A program made the position numbers and the translations under genes. Below the pieces are notes generated by a model. That model did no database searches. It saw only the letters and a list, made by a program, of their open reading frames with translations, and had not been told where the DNA came from. A DNA stretch of 64,000 nucleotides from a bacterium (GTDB lineage: Bacteria; SAR324; XYD2-FULL-50-16), in the NCBI GenBank assembly GCA_032250835.1, contig JAVVEA010000002.1, positions 32,001 to 96,000 on the forward strand, written 5' to 3'. Positions 10,215 through 20,182 of the stretch are shown here, piece by piece (the stretch's first letter is position 1; every line of letters begins with the position of its first letter).

Positions 10215-12488
10215 CTAATTTTGGTACGTTGCGCTAAACTCTACTTCAGTGAGCATTGCGCGATTTAGAGATCCCGTCAGCCTTTTCGAATTCCAGGTCG
10301 ACTGCAATTGAAGTTGTACAAAGAACTTTTTACCCCTTTTAGCAAACTCCGTCAGTTCGATTATTTTGCCGAGATGCGTTGGATCATCGGTGAAAAAAAC
10401 CTCTTGGTAGGCTTCCCCATCTTCACTGGCCAATACCTTAATAAAACATTCCGATTCGAGCTTGTACCCCAATTTAACTTGAAATCGTTCGAGCTCTTGG
10501 GGGTTTTTCGCTTCAAATTGATAGACCAGTGAAGCTGGAACATCGTCTACAGTAGGCGTCAACACAAGCAGCCGTGGAGATAGGTAGTGCATAGAATAGG
10601 CTTTTTTGATAAATTCAAGCCGATCTTGGCCACCGAAACCATTGGCCCCCCATTTCCATTTCCGGTCAATCCCCGGAGACACCTCGATCAAAGGTTCAAC
10701 CCTAACATTTTTTGTATATAGGTGCACATCCCCTGGCTGGAGAGTGAAAACCTCTTTAAAACCGTCTTTGACTAGGCTTTTCTGGAATAGTTTATTTTCT
10801 TTATCTACTCCGTTTTCAATAATCCAAAGGGGTCGATAATCTTGCGCGTCATTGAAGCTATACATTATTTTCTTATTAGTTTCCTTGTTTGTGTTGACGC
10901 TAACCATATATTGTAGATTCTGGCTATTTGTAATAAATATTGCTTTCTTCGGCAAATTTTGGTCCAGAAATTCGCCCAAAGAATGCCAGTTTACCCATTT
11001 TGTATTGTACCAATTTTCCCTTAGCTCACCATGGGCACCCCACTCTTTAGCGGAAAAACCTACGAGCACTATAAGTGTAGTTGCCTTAATAAAAGCCTGA
11101 GACCACTGCGCGAGCTTTAAGGACACCAAACGCGGACTGCTAATTAAGCTTATAAAAATCAATATTTTAGACAAGTATGTTACGAGCAATTCAACACCCC
11201 AAACCAAACCAACCGCCGTTAATAAAAAGATAAAGGGCAAGGTTGGCAGGAAAAACCGGTCGCCTAAGGAAATGGCAAAGCGGTTGTAGCCGATGACACC
11301 GATCAAAACGAAAAAATACAAGCTATGGAACGTGGCCAGCAAAACCCACCGCTTTCCCCGGACCCAAGCCAGAAAAATGCCTAGAGGGAAAAATAAAAGC
11401 GGATAGTAACCGTTGTGTTGGATGCCCAAAAAACTGCGGTAACCTAGGGTCGTCGACATGGCCAAAAAGCGATTCTGCTGCAGCGCAAAGGACTGCGTTA
11501 TCGTTTCGCCGGAAAATGATGAGGACAACTCAGGGCGATGGTAAAATGATGCGATAGCGCCATATAAGCTATGCAGGAAGAAGGGACTCAGCAATGCAGT
11601 CACTAGAACCAACAACAATCCTCGCTTGAATAGATGGGCCGATAAAAGTGGCTTCCAGTCTTTGACGACCACCGGCGAGATTAGGGGCAGCAAGAGAAAT
11701 ACTCCTCCCAGTAAGGCAATAAACTCAACCTTTGGCCGGACAGATATCCAAAACAGCACCATCAGCGCAATCGAAAATAGCACAAACAGCTGGAATTGCT
11801 TGCTTTTCCTTTGGTCACTCCAGAAAAATCTGGTGGGGTAGGCGAACTTTTGGTGAACGAAATTTTCGGCCCCAAGGTAAACCACATAGAGTACTTGAAA
11901 AGCGATGAGGGGCACTATGGATGCGTGGGTATGTAACGCCAAGGAAGTGGTGATGGCATAGGCCCAAAGAGCGCTAGCTTTGCCCTCTGATTCAATGAAT
12001 CGGTACAACGCAAAGGTGCTCAGCATACCCAAAAAGGTAAGCAGGGCATACATCCTCAGCATCTGAGACTGTTCGATATGCGGCAAGTTGACAGCCAACA
12101 GCAATGAGGCAATCAGAGCGACTCGGCGGTCAGTCCACTCTTTTCCCAACAAGTACAATGCTCCAACCACCAAGATGCCCGGAAGCCAGGACGGAATCTT
12201 TCGAACAAAATCATCGCGACTAATGCTGTCGAATATCTTTACGAGAAAATAAAACAGTGGTTGGTGTTGGTCGTGATAGAGCCCCATATGGATCTCAAAA
12301 AAGCTTCTGGGGACGGCCACCAAAACCTGAACCTCATCCCACCACATCGACTTATCGGTCAGATGGTTCAGTCTCAAATACCCAGCCAGCGCCAATAAAC
12401 CCAACACTGCCAGTGCGTCAAATATGCGCCAATTTGGTCGAAATTGTTCAGTACCGATCACGTTTTTCTTGGGAACTCCAAAGCCCAA
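10215..12488 (-). CDS. GT-C (PMT/ArnT-like, GT39/GT83-like) membrane glycosyltransferase with C-terminal soluble domain
   Basis: 'LRL...SMWWDE', 'HQPLFY', 'SQMLRMYAL', multiple TM segments. Confidence 0.85.
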   Translation of the reverse strand: MGFGVPKKNVIGTEQFRPNWRIFDALAVLGLLALAGYLRLNHLTDKSMWWDEVQVLVAVPRSFFEIHMGLYHDQHQPLFYFLVKIFDSISRDDFVRKIPSWLPGILVVGALYLLGKEWTDRRVALIASLLLAVNLPHIEQSQMLRMYALLTFLGMLSTFALYRFIESEGKASALWAYAITTSLALHTHASIVPLIAFQVLYVVYLGAENFVHQKFAYPTRFFWSDQRKSKQFQLFVLFSIALMVLFWISVRPKVEFIALLGGVFLLLPLISPVVVKDWKPLLSAHLFKRGLLLVLVTALLSPFFLHSLYGAIASFYHRPELSSSFSGETITQSFALQQNRFLAMSTTLGYRSFLGIQHNGYYPLLFFPLGIFLAWVRGKRWVLLATFHSLYFFVLIGVIGYNRFAISLGDRFFLPTLPFIFLLTAVGLVWGVELLVTYLSKILIFISLISSPRLVSLKLAQWSQAFIKATTLIVLVGFSAKEWGAHGELRENWYNTKWVNWHSLGEFLDQNLPKKAIFITNSQNLQYMVSVNTNKETNKKIMYSFNDAQDYRPLWIIENGVDKENKLFQKSLVKDGFKEVFTLQPGDVHLYTKNVRVEPLIEVSPGIDRKWKWGANGFGGQDRLEFIKKAYSMHYLSPRLLVLTPTVDDVPASLVYQFEAKNPQELERFQVKLGYKLESECFIKVLASEDGEAYQEVFFTDDPTHLGKIIELTEFAKRGKKFFVQLQLQSTWNSKRLTGSLNRAMLTEVEFSATYQN

Positions 12489-12542
12489 AAAAGGGCTTGG
12501 GCTGTTGGGTGTTTATTTTGAGTTTGTTCACTAGCACAAAGC

Positions 12543-13835
12543 CTAAAGTGATCGAACAAAGTGACGAAACAAAGCCTGCTTGCTTAGGTTAGTAGGATCA
12601 AAATCCGGTTTTTTTCTTCGTATCACCTCAACCCACAAAAGTTCAGGGTCTTGCCCAGTAACTCCCGTTCCAAGTTGATCGGCAATCTGTTGATACCTTT
12701 TTTCTTCCATCTTACGGAGCCAGCATAATAGTTCCGATTTGGCTTGTTTCCAACGGCTTTTCAATTGGTCAACGCTCCATTTTGCACTATCCCTGACCAC
12801 GTCAATTAAAAACTTCGGGTCCTTTAAAGGACTCAATTCAGTTATACCCCCAAGATGCCGATTTGCATGGATAATGGAGATGTCATGGTCCCAGACCCGC
12901 CACCGCAGAAAAAAAGATGGGAAGAGTACGTTAAAATTCATAAAATAGATGCCCGTCACCATTAGCAGTCTAAAAAATTGTAGAAAAAGCCACTCCCCGT
13001 CAGATTTGGCATGACGAATCGACCATTTGGCTAACTGCACTACATCCGGAGGGCTCAGAGCTACGTGCCACAGGGCCACTTGATTTACAATTCCATTGAC
13101 CGAGGACACATTGGGAAAAGGGCTACCGACAAAAATGTCTTCCAGCGGCACAATCTCGTTTTGAGAAATAAAGCTCTTAATTCTCTGCCCATTTAAACTG
13201 ATCGATTCATCGTATTGGTCCCCTCGTTTGCTCATTGAAATAACAACATGGTAATACTTACCAGATTCCAACTCAATGTTTTTAAAGTGAAATCCGCCGA
13301 GGCTCGAAGCATAATGCAAGTATCGATCTTTGGCGTTTACATAGATCGCATGCCTTGGTCGGTTAATTTGGTCAGGATCGCCAGCCCAAAAGACTAGCTG
13401 ATATGGGTTATCATCTTGATATTTAAAATCATTAACCACAAATCCGACCGTCCATGTTTCTAAATCGGGGTTTTGGGGTACACTTGACTTGGGCGTGGGT
13501 AAACGGAGCCAGTTTTGTTTGCCCATTCCGACCTGATAACCAACACTTTCGCCAAGAAAAGAGAACTGACGACCACCTTCCACAATAAACGGATTCTGCT
13601 TCGTCTGTTTGACAGTATCTCGAATATTGACGGGCTCGGTACTGTATAAGAGTGGGTAGTATATATCCACAGCCCAAGGATAGTCGGGAACCAACTCTTG
13701 AGTCGGATGATTCCAGCGACCAAGCTCCCACTTAAGTTTGTGCTCAATTGAGGGCACGAAACTCGCGACCAGCAATAGAAATAGCAGCACACTAAAAAAA
13801 ATGCGGAGCAAGTTTTTCCCGCTTTTCAAGGACAT
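12543..13835 (-). CDS. Membrane-anchored LamG/concanavalin-like jelly-roll protein (two TM)
   Basis: 'GKYYHVVIS...ISLNGQ...IFVGS...VNGIVNQVALWHVALS' LamG signature, flanked by hydrophobic helices. Confidence 0.75.
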   Translation of the reverse strand: MSLKSGKNLLRIFFSVLLFLLLVASFVPSIEHKLKWELGRWNHPTQELVPDYPWAVDIYYPLLYSTEPVNIRDTVKQTKQNPFIVEGGRQFSFLGESVGYQVGMGKQNWLRLPTPKSSVPQNPDLETWTVGFVVNDFKYQDDNPYQLVFWAGDPDQINRPRHAIYVNAKDRYLHYASSLGGFHFKNIELESGKYYHVVISMSKRGDQYDESISLNGQRIKSFISQNEIVPLEDIFVGSPFPNVSSVNGIVNQVALWHVALSPPDVVQLAKWSIRHAKSDGEWLFLQFFRLLMVTGIYFMNFNVLFPSFFLRWRVWDHDISIIHANRHLGGITELSPLKDPKFLIDVVRDSAKWSVDQLKSRWKQAKSELLCWLRKMEEKRYQQIADQLGTGVTGQDPELLWVEVIRRKKPDFDPTNLSKQALFRHFVRSL

Positions 13836-14200
13836 CCAATAGTGACGAAGTGTTCAGATTAAGGCCTATACCGGCCCCCTATACCTATTATCTTCGCATG
13901 AAACCAGTCAACCAAATCCCCCTCTAGCAAAGCTAATCTGAGTATACTTTTGCGGAGTTTTGGGTGGCTACCGCCCAGACCAATTTAGCTGTAACTGCTG
14001 ATTCCGCCAAAAAGCGACTGTGTAAGATGAGGTACCCTTGCAAAGGATCAAGTTATTAATTCTGTACTCAGGGACACAAATTACCTGCCCTTTCAACAGA
14101 GACCTACCCCAGGCATCTCAGACTTTTGGTTGCCGTTGTTTAGCACATCCTCTACGATAAACCCTGCATCACCAACACCAACTCGAAAACCCAGATTCCG

Positions 14201-15685
14201 TTGAATATCCTAATAGCCAATCTCCCTGGGGTCCAAGTCCAACAGGACGGGTCGATCCGTCATTTTGCCAAAGCTGGGTCGCGTTGGCCGATGACCATTG
14301 GGAATACCAAAAGCGTTGACTATTATGCCTTCCCTTTTTGGTTAGCAACGGCCACAGCCCTCTTAAAGAAGTCGACGGAACACCGCGTTAAAGGGTTTGA
14401 CGCGGTAGTCAATGACTGCACCGACCAAGACTTTTTTGCTGAAGCCGAAGCCTTTAAGCCCGATCTGCTGGTTGCCGAATTGACGACCATCTCCATCGAT
14501 TCTGACATGGCTTTGCTGCTGAAGATCCAAGAAACTCTTGGAGCCAAGCTAGTGCTTACGGGAAATTATCCGACCGTCGCCTTCGAGGCCCTATTCCAGC
14601 AGTTCCCCAGTATTGATTACATCATCCGAGGCGAGTACGAATACCCGCTGCTTGAGTTGGTGGAGGCTTGGGGTCAGACAGACGCGCAAAAACAGATTGC
14701 CGGGCTGTGCATCGGCTCGCCTCAGGGCCCCCATATCTCGGACCCTCGAAAGATGGCCATCGACAGTTTTAGGCAACTGCCCTGGCCGGATCGAGAAGAC
14801 TTTCCGGCGAATTTGTACATGGATTTTTCGATCTATGCCCCATGCATCTCAGTAGTGGCGACCCGTGGCTGCCCCGCAGGCTGCATCTTCTGTCAGGAAC
14901 GGCACATCCTCTACAACTCCCCTATGTTCCGCACCCGCGACCCAGAGGACGTGGTTGACGAGATACTTTGGATCAAAGAGCGATACAAAGCCCGCCAGAT
15001 ATACTTTGATGACATGACCTTGGTGGCGAATAACAAGTTTGTCAAAAAACTCTGCCAGGCCATGATTGATCGGCAGGTTAACCTACCCTGGACCTGCATG
15101 GGTGATGTCATGTTCGTCAAAGAGGACACCATTGAATTAATGGCTAAGGCGGGCTGTATTGGCATGAAGTTCGGCGTCGAATCAGCGAATCCGGAAATCT
15201 TGCAATTTATCGACAAGCCCCTCAAGCTCGAATCGGCCAAAAGAAAGGTGCAACTTTGCAAAGATTTGGGCATCCGCACTCACGCCACCTTTATGATCGG
15301 CCTACCGGGCGAGACCGAGGAAACCATTGAACAAACCTTCAACTTCATGGTTGAAATCAACACCTTTACGGCTCAAATCGCGAAAGCGGTTCCCTTCCCT
15401 GGGACACCCTTTTATCGCTGGGCTCAAGAAGAAGGGTTGCTGAAAAACTCCAACCTTTCGGATTTAGACGGCATGGGCGAAACGGTGATCTCTTATCCAG
15501 GATTGAGCCCAGAGCGCTTTGGTTTTTGGTATCAGAAATTCAGCAAGCGGATTGCCCGGCAAAAATTATTGAATTTCCTGGGCCAGCCGGTTTCGAGTTT
15601 AAGCATCATCATGGAATTTCTGCGCCACAAGGGGCTCGTTCGCACCCTGGGGTCCATTTTCACCGTAGTCAGGCGGGTAGTATAA
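14201..15685 (+). CDS. B12-dependent radical SAM protein, HpnJ-like N-terminus
   Basis: 'AGSRWP...FPFWLA', 'RGEYE', TRGCPAGCIFC, 'FGVES', 'PFPGT'; TTG start. Confidence 0.9.
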   Translation: MNILIANLPGVQVQQDGSIRHFAKAGSRWPMTIGNTKSVDYYAFPFWLATATALLKKSTEHRVKGFDAVVNDCTDQDFFAEAEAFKPDLLVAELTTISIDSDMALLLKIQETLGAKLVLTGNYPTVAFEALFQQFPSIDYIIRGEYEYPLLELVEAWGQTDAQKQIAGLCIGSPQGPHISDPRKMAIDSFRQLPWPDREDFPANLYMDFSIYAPCISVVATRGCPAGCIFCQERHILYNSPMFRTRDPEDVVDEILWIKERYKARQIYFDDMTLVANNKFVKKLCQAMIDRQVNLPWTCMGDVMFVKEDTIELMAKAGCIGMKFGVESANPEILQFIDKPLKLESAKRKVQLCKDLGIRTHATFMIGLPGETEETIEQTFNFMVEINTFTAQIAKAVPFPGTPFYRWAQEEGLLKNSNLSDLDGMGETVISYPGLSPERFGFWYQKFSKRIARQKLLNFLGQPVSSLSIIMEFLRHKGLVRTLGSIFTVVRRVV

Positions 15686-16112
15686 CGGAAATGTGGCGGT
15701 TGATGCGGGTATTCTTCTTGAAGTAGGCTTGGCTATTTCAAGGCCCTGCGGTTCAAAAGGGACTAAGTACCATCTTCGGGTGGTCGGCTTGTTTGAACGT
15801 AACTTACGATCTACTGTGCTCTGCCGTGCCGCTAGCTGGCACAGGAGTTTGCTAGTGCCTTTATTGATTTGACCTTCGCCCCCAATCAAATCACCTAGCC
15901 TCAAATTTTAGGCGGTTTGATTCAAAATCGACCTCCTTTATGGCTCCACAGCCCAAGATCGTTATCGATTCCCCCTGCAGGTTGGGTTAAAAAAGCGGTG
16001 GAGAATTTTTTCAGTCTATTGACCGCCGAAGGCAGGAAAGCTAGTCTTCACCCAACAGCCCATACTATAGTTGCCCCAGAAACCTGGTGCAATCCTTTAG
16101 CAAGAGAACTTA

Positions 16113-16820
16113 ATGAGTGATTTGCGCGAGTATTATCAGGATTATTGGAAAAAGCGTCTGGAATCGGACAAAGACCGCCTGCCACCGATCCGTGAGGGAC
16201 TCCCGGCTAGTTTGATTCCCTTTAGTCAGTATGGTTCGGTCTTGAGCCGCATCCCCGAAGGGGCCAAAATGGTTGATTTTGGTTGCGGAGACGGACATGT
16301 GGCCAGTCTTTATAAAGCAGTCAAAAATTGCGATCTTTCCGGCCTGGAAATGAGTTCTCAAGCGGCCGAACTGGCCTGCCAAAAAGGGATCAAAGCACAG
16401 CAGTGGGACCTGAATCAAACCCCTTATCCTTTAGAAGACGCATCTTTTGAGGTAGTCAGTGCCGTGGACGTTATTGAGCACTTGATCAATCCTTTTAGCT
16501 TATTACGCGAAGCCTTCCGGGTACTGCAGCCCGGTGGGAAACTGGTCATCCAAGTCCCCAATTTTGCACGGTTAGACAATCGGTGGCGGATGTTATTTCA
16601 AGGTGACCCGTTGGATATTTTGCATTGGGGCGGGTACGGCGACGGGATTGAGCACCTACACTGGTTCACCAAGCCGAAGCTGGGCAAGTTTATGGTCGAA
16701 GCAGGCTTTGAAAAAGTCTCCTTTAAGCCCGTGGGCATCCCTAGTTTTCTCTTCGGCATGGTCGGGTTGCACAACCTCTCGAGGTTGTTGCTGGTCGAAG
16801 CGTACAAACCCAAGGCATAG
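16113..16820 (+). CDS. Class I SAM-dependent methyltransferase
   Basis: 'VDFGCGDG', 'DVIEHL', 'RVLQPGGKLVIQVPN', 'HLHWFT'. Confidence 0.9.
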   Translation: MSDLREYYQDYWKKRLESDKDRLPPIREGLPASLIPFSQYGSVLSRIPEGAKMVDFGCGDGHVASLYKAVKNCDLSGLEMSSQAAELACQKGIKAQQWDLNQTPYPLEDASFEVVSAVDVIEHLINPFSLLREAFRVLQPGGKLVIQVPNFARLDNRWRMLFQGDPLDILHWGGYGDGIEHLHWFTKPKLGKFMVEAGFEKVSFKPVGIPSFLFGMVGLHNLSRLLLVEAYKPKA

Positions 16821-17155
16821 TGCCTGGGATTTGAACACCATTCCAAATGAGCTAAGATTGCCGAAGGGGTTTGTTACGGGTTGTGTCCGCCTTACCCCCT
16901 AATGCTTAGGTTTATCTGGGCTAATAAAGTGCGCTAACTGTAGCCAAGAGACTGAGAACTGGTTGTTCAATAGGCATTTAGACTACATTTGTCGTTTCGC
17001 CGACTCTTCCCAGTAGCCCTTCGTGCCTAAAACCCAGAGCATGCCCTATTGCATTGCTTTCAACAGTGGCTTTGCGGGTTCAAGGTAGTAACCGGAGCTA
17101 GCCTCAACAGGCCTCTCTTGCCATTTCTTCAAAGTCTCAACCTAGCCATTGCCCG

Positions 17156-17284
17156 CTGGTTGATGCTATTGGGCGTGATCTGGTGCTTCGCAGCCAATTA
17201 AGCCACCGTTTGCTCGCCGCTCAGCAGTTCCAAGACCCCCTTCGTCTAATACTCGGCGCTGAAATTTCGTCTGCTCTTGCTCAT
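17156..17284 (-). pseudogene. Degenerate IS3-family transposase OrfA (HTH) fragment
   Basis: Manual translation MSKSRRNFSAEY*TKGVLELLSGEQTVA*LAAKHQITPNSINQ matches the IS3 OrfA pattern; two in-frame stops; RBS AGGAGAGGAG directly upstream. Confidence 0.8.
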
Positions 17285-17333
17285 CTCCTCTCCTGATTCA
17301 AGGTTAACCCGTCATTCAGGAATAAGTCCCAAA

Positions 17334-18983
17334 CTAAAAATTGTTTGAAATTTTCGGTCCATTATAAATCAACCGATTTATTTTTTTGTACAGACGCGCC
17401 TGTATTCGCCTGAATGGACTTTTACCCTCAAATTGTTCCAGCACCAAGCCACCTTGTCCTTTGATGCTAAGTTCAACTTTGGCTCGATTTCTGGGCACTG
17501 AAAAGTGGACCGGAATAACCACAAGCTTTTCGGTGCTGCTCCATTTTTCTGTACGGTCACTCTTCATTTCAAACAAATTCTGCCCTTCGAAGGTTACTTG
17601 GATTCCATTCGCTCCTTCGGCGTCATTAAATATTCGGGGAAAGAGGATCAAATCAAACCCGTCAAAGCCTTTTCCTGAAACTTCAATGGACATTTTTCCA
17701 GACCCTTGAAGCATATTGACTCCTTGAAACTCCCGATTTTTTGTCCAAGGATTCGTCAGGGTTCCTAGATTCAATTCCAATTTCCAACCCGGACTTTGGG
17801 CCTTCAACGACGCGGGATCAAGCACTAAATCGGATCGCTTGAACATCCGCAAATCACCGAGGTTTTTCTCATCAATCTCTACTTTCTGCGACCTCAACCG
17901 GATATGTTTTGCAATCTCTTGGGCAGCAATCTGGTGCCCCAATTTATTGATATGATGATCCACAGGGATATAGGGACTACCTAAATCACCGACAAAAGCT
18001 CCTCGGTAGGCGGGCAAAAGACTTAAATAAGGCACCTTTTTCTGCTCAGAAAACTGGGATAACCGAGTTTCAGGCCCTTGCAAATAAAACCTCATCTGCA
18101 TTTCGTCAGGAATCGAGAAGAGTAAAAAGGGAACTCCCTCTTGCTTGAGACGCAAATGTAACCGTTCCAAAGCACCTAAATCGCCATTCCAAAAGGGCTG
18201 AAACCTTTCAAGCTGGTTTTCGTCTAATAATTGTTCTAATGAACCCAGTGGGTTGATGGACTCGTCTACCAACAATTGCTCTAATTGGTGTTCTTTGAGG
18301 TAACTTGCGGCTTGTTTGTTGCCTGGAAGCTTTAGGTTGCCGTCAAACATGCCCCCCGAGCTAGCCATAAGTTGCGCCAACCAATTGTAAAGAGCTGATT
18401 TCTGGACCCAAAAAACCACCTTGTGCCAAGGGCTGTAGGGCTCCATGAACGGGAATCGTAGAAAATATCGCCCACGCCCTATTTCACCGCTTATGTCGTT
18501 CCAAAAAAACTGACTAATTACTAGGTCCGGTTTTAGCTTGTAGCCTTTAAGATCATAATAGATATATTGATCCAAAGCGTTGGTCTGGATGAGGCTCGAA
18601 TTGACAACCTCTACGGGATGCTGGAACTTGGCGGTCAGCAAATGTTCCAAATGGGTTGATAGTACCTCCGCATCATCAACCCCCCAACCCATTGAATGCG
18701 AATCGCCTAAGAGTAGAACTCTAATTTTTTCATGCGAGAGGTCTAATTCCTTAAGGCTACGAAATCCTTGACTATTGGTAGTGAACTGATAGGGCGATTG
18801 CAGCGGCAAATCAGCGTTCATACTAATCGAGGGCATATAATCACCCAGTAGATTCGAATAATAGTAAGCCCTTGGCGATACCTCGGGAACCGTTCGAATA
18901 AACCGGATGGCAAATTCACCTAGAGCCAGGATGAGCAATACGGCTAGTAGTTGATACACTATTAGCAATAACCATCGCTTCAT
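17334..18983 (-). CDS. Membrane-anchored SGNH/GDSL hydrolase-family protein (glycan acylation/deacylation)
   Basis: N-terminal TM, 'TNSQGFR', 'LLGDSHSMGWGV', 'KPDLVI...WND', 'DHHINKLGH'. Confidence 0.8.
   Translation of the reverse strand: MKRWLLLIVYQLLAVLLILALGEFAIRFIRTVPEVSPRAYYYSNLLGDYMPSISMNADLPLQSPYQFTTNSQGFRSLKELDLSHEKIRVLLLGDSHSMGWGVDDAEVLSTHLEHLLTAKFQHPVEVVNSSLIQTNALDQYIYYDLKGYKLKPDLVISQFFWNDISGEIGRGRYFLRFPFMEPYSPWHKVVFWVQKSALYNWLAQLMASSGGMFDGNLKLPGNKQAASYLKEHQLEQLLVDESINPLGSLEQLLDENQLERFQPFWNGDLGALERLHLRLKQEGVPFLLFSIPDEMQMRFYLQGPETRLSQFSEQKKVPYLSLLPAYRGAFVGDLGSPYIPVDHHINKLGHQIAAQEIAKHIRLRSQKVEIDEKNLGDLRMFKRSDLVLDPASLKAQSPGWKLELNLGTLTNPWTKNREFQGVNMLQGSGKMSIEVSGKGFDGFDLILFPRIFNDAEGANGIQVTFEGQNLFEMKSDRTEKWSSTEKLVVIPVHFSVPRNRAKVELSIKGQGGLVLEQFEGKSPFRRIQARLYKKINRLIYNGPKISNNF
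17341..17366 (-). mobile_element. Probable left terminal inverted repeat of the IS3-family relic
   Basis: TATAATGGACCGAAAATTTCAAACAA about 57 bp upstream of the OrfA ATG; 21/26 identical to 60540-60565. Confidence 0.6.
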
Positions 18984-20182
18984 CGATCCCCTTGGTCTGT
19001 ACCAGTCATTAACTTCAGTTCGTACTCTGCCACTTTAGGCCAATCATAACGCGGTGCAAAGTCCAGAGATTGCGTCACTACTGCTTGATACCGGTTAGCA
19101 TCTTGAAGTAGCTCCTGCACCTTGTTGGCAAAAGCATCAAAATCTTCATAGGGCACTTTGATCATCGCTTCAGGAAAAACTTCTTTGAAAACCGGCAAAT
19201 CATAGGCGACCACCGGTTTGCCGCAAGCCATTGCCTCCACCGCTGTCATCCCCCAGGATTCGTAATGGCTGGGCATCAAGAACACTTTGGCCGCTTTGAT
19301 CAAGCGCACTTTTTCGTCTCCTTGGACAAAGCCCAGAGGAAACACATTTTTTGCAAGCTTTCGATCCTTCAACTCAAAGTCCAGCCAATGTTTTACCTCT
19401 TCGCTGCCGCCGCCGATAATTGCCAAACGGGCCTCAGGGTTTCGCTCAACGACCCGCGACCAAATCTCGATTAGGTCAGGTAGCCCCTTTTGCGGATGCA
19501 AACGCCCCACAAAAATCCCTTCAAAACCAGGGGTGTCTGGGGTCGGCTCAATGGCGGCAAACCGTTGCACATCAACGCCCATCGGCACCGTAAACACCGC
19601 TCCAGGCGAAACACCGGCCTTTATAATTTCGCCACGGTCTTGGTCGTTTAAGACCAGACAAACTCCACCAGAACGTTTGATCAACCGAATCGCCCACCGC
19701 TGCGTGAAGTAATAGATAAGCCCCCGCAGGCTGGGCCGCTTGAGTTTCCCCGAATAATGCCCTTCATAGCCCCGCCAGGGAACCGGAGCGACCAGAAACA
19801 GGCAGATCACCAAACGGGCTTGGGGGTTTTGTTTGGCGGCACGCAAGCCAGGTAAAAGGTCAACCAAAAAATCCGAAGGGATATAGACCACGTCAATATC
19901 TTTAGCGAACTGGTGCCTCAGCCCCCGCAAAATACGGCCCCCGTAGATTCTTAGGACGTTACCCAAATGTTCCGATTCAGACTCCGTGGAGTCTAGACAA
20001 AAATCGTAATCCAACCCCTTAAGGCCTTGAGACTCAAACGTTCTTGCCTGTCTTTGAGGTAAAAAGAAGCTTAGCTGGTGGCCTTCAGCCTGCCATAAAC
20101 GGATCAACTCCACCGTGCGGACCTCGCTTCCGTCTCTATTTTGGGTGTTAACGCGACCCAAAGCAGGCATGAAGATTTTCAT
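18980..20182 (-). CDS. Glycosyltransferase family 4
   Basis: 'FVGRLHPQKG', 'PSHYESWGMTAVEAMACGKPVV'. Confidence 0.92.
   Translation of the reverse strand: MKIFMPALGRVNTQNRDGSEVRTVELIRLWQAEGHQLSFFLPQRQARTFESQGLKGLDYDFCLDSTESESEHLGNVLRIYGGRILRGLRHQFAKDIDVVYIPSDFLVDLLPGLRAAKQNPQARLVICLFLVAPVPWRGYEGHYSGKLKRPSLRGLIYYFTQRWAIRLIKRSGGVCLVLNDQDRGEIIKAGVSPGAVFTVPMGVDVQRFAAIEPTPDTPGFEGIFVGRLHPQKGLPDLIEIWSRVVERNPEARLAIIGGGSEEVKHWLDFELKDRKLAKNVFPLGFVQGDEKVRLIKAAKVFLMPSHYESWGMTAVEAMACGKPVVAYDLPVFKEVFPEAMIKVPYEDFDAFANKVQELLQDANRYQAVVTQSLDFAPRYDWPKVAEYELKLMTGTDQGDR

Noticed and set aside
13836-14200. Possible cobalamin riboswitch upstream of a B12 radical SAM gene (also examined 5379-5657 and 6378-6505)
   Set aside because: Only scattered short matches (GCGACTGT, GAGACCT, GCCACT); the conserved GGGAA/B12-box arrangement is not present. 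An Rfam covariance search would be decisive
15686-16112. 427-bp gap with short ORFs (101, 67 aa)
   Set aside because: No recognisable protein, RNA or repeat signal by eye
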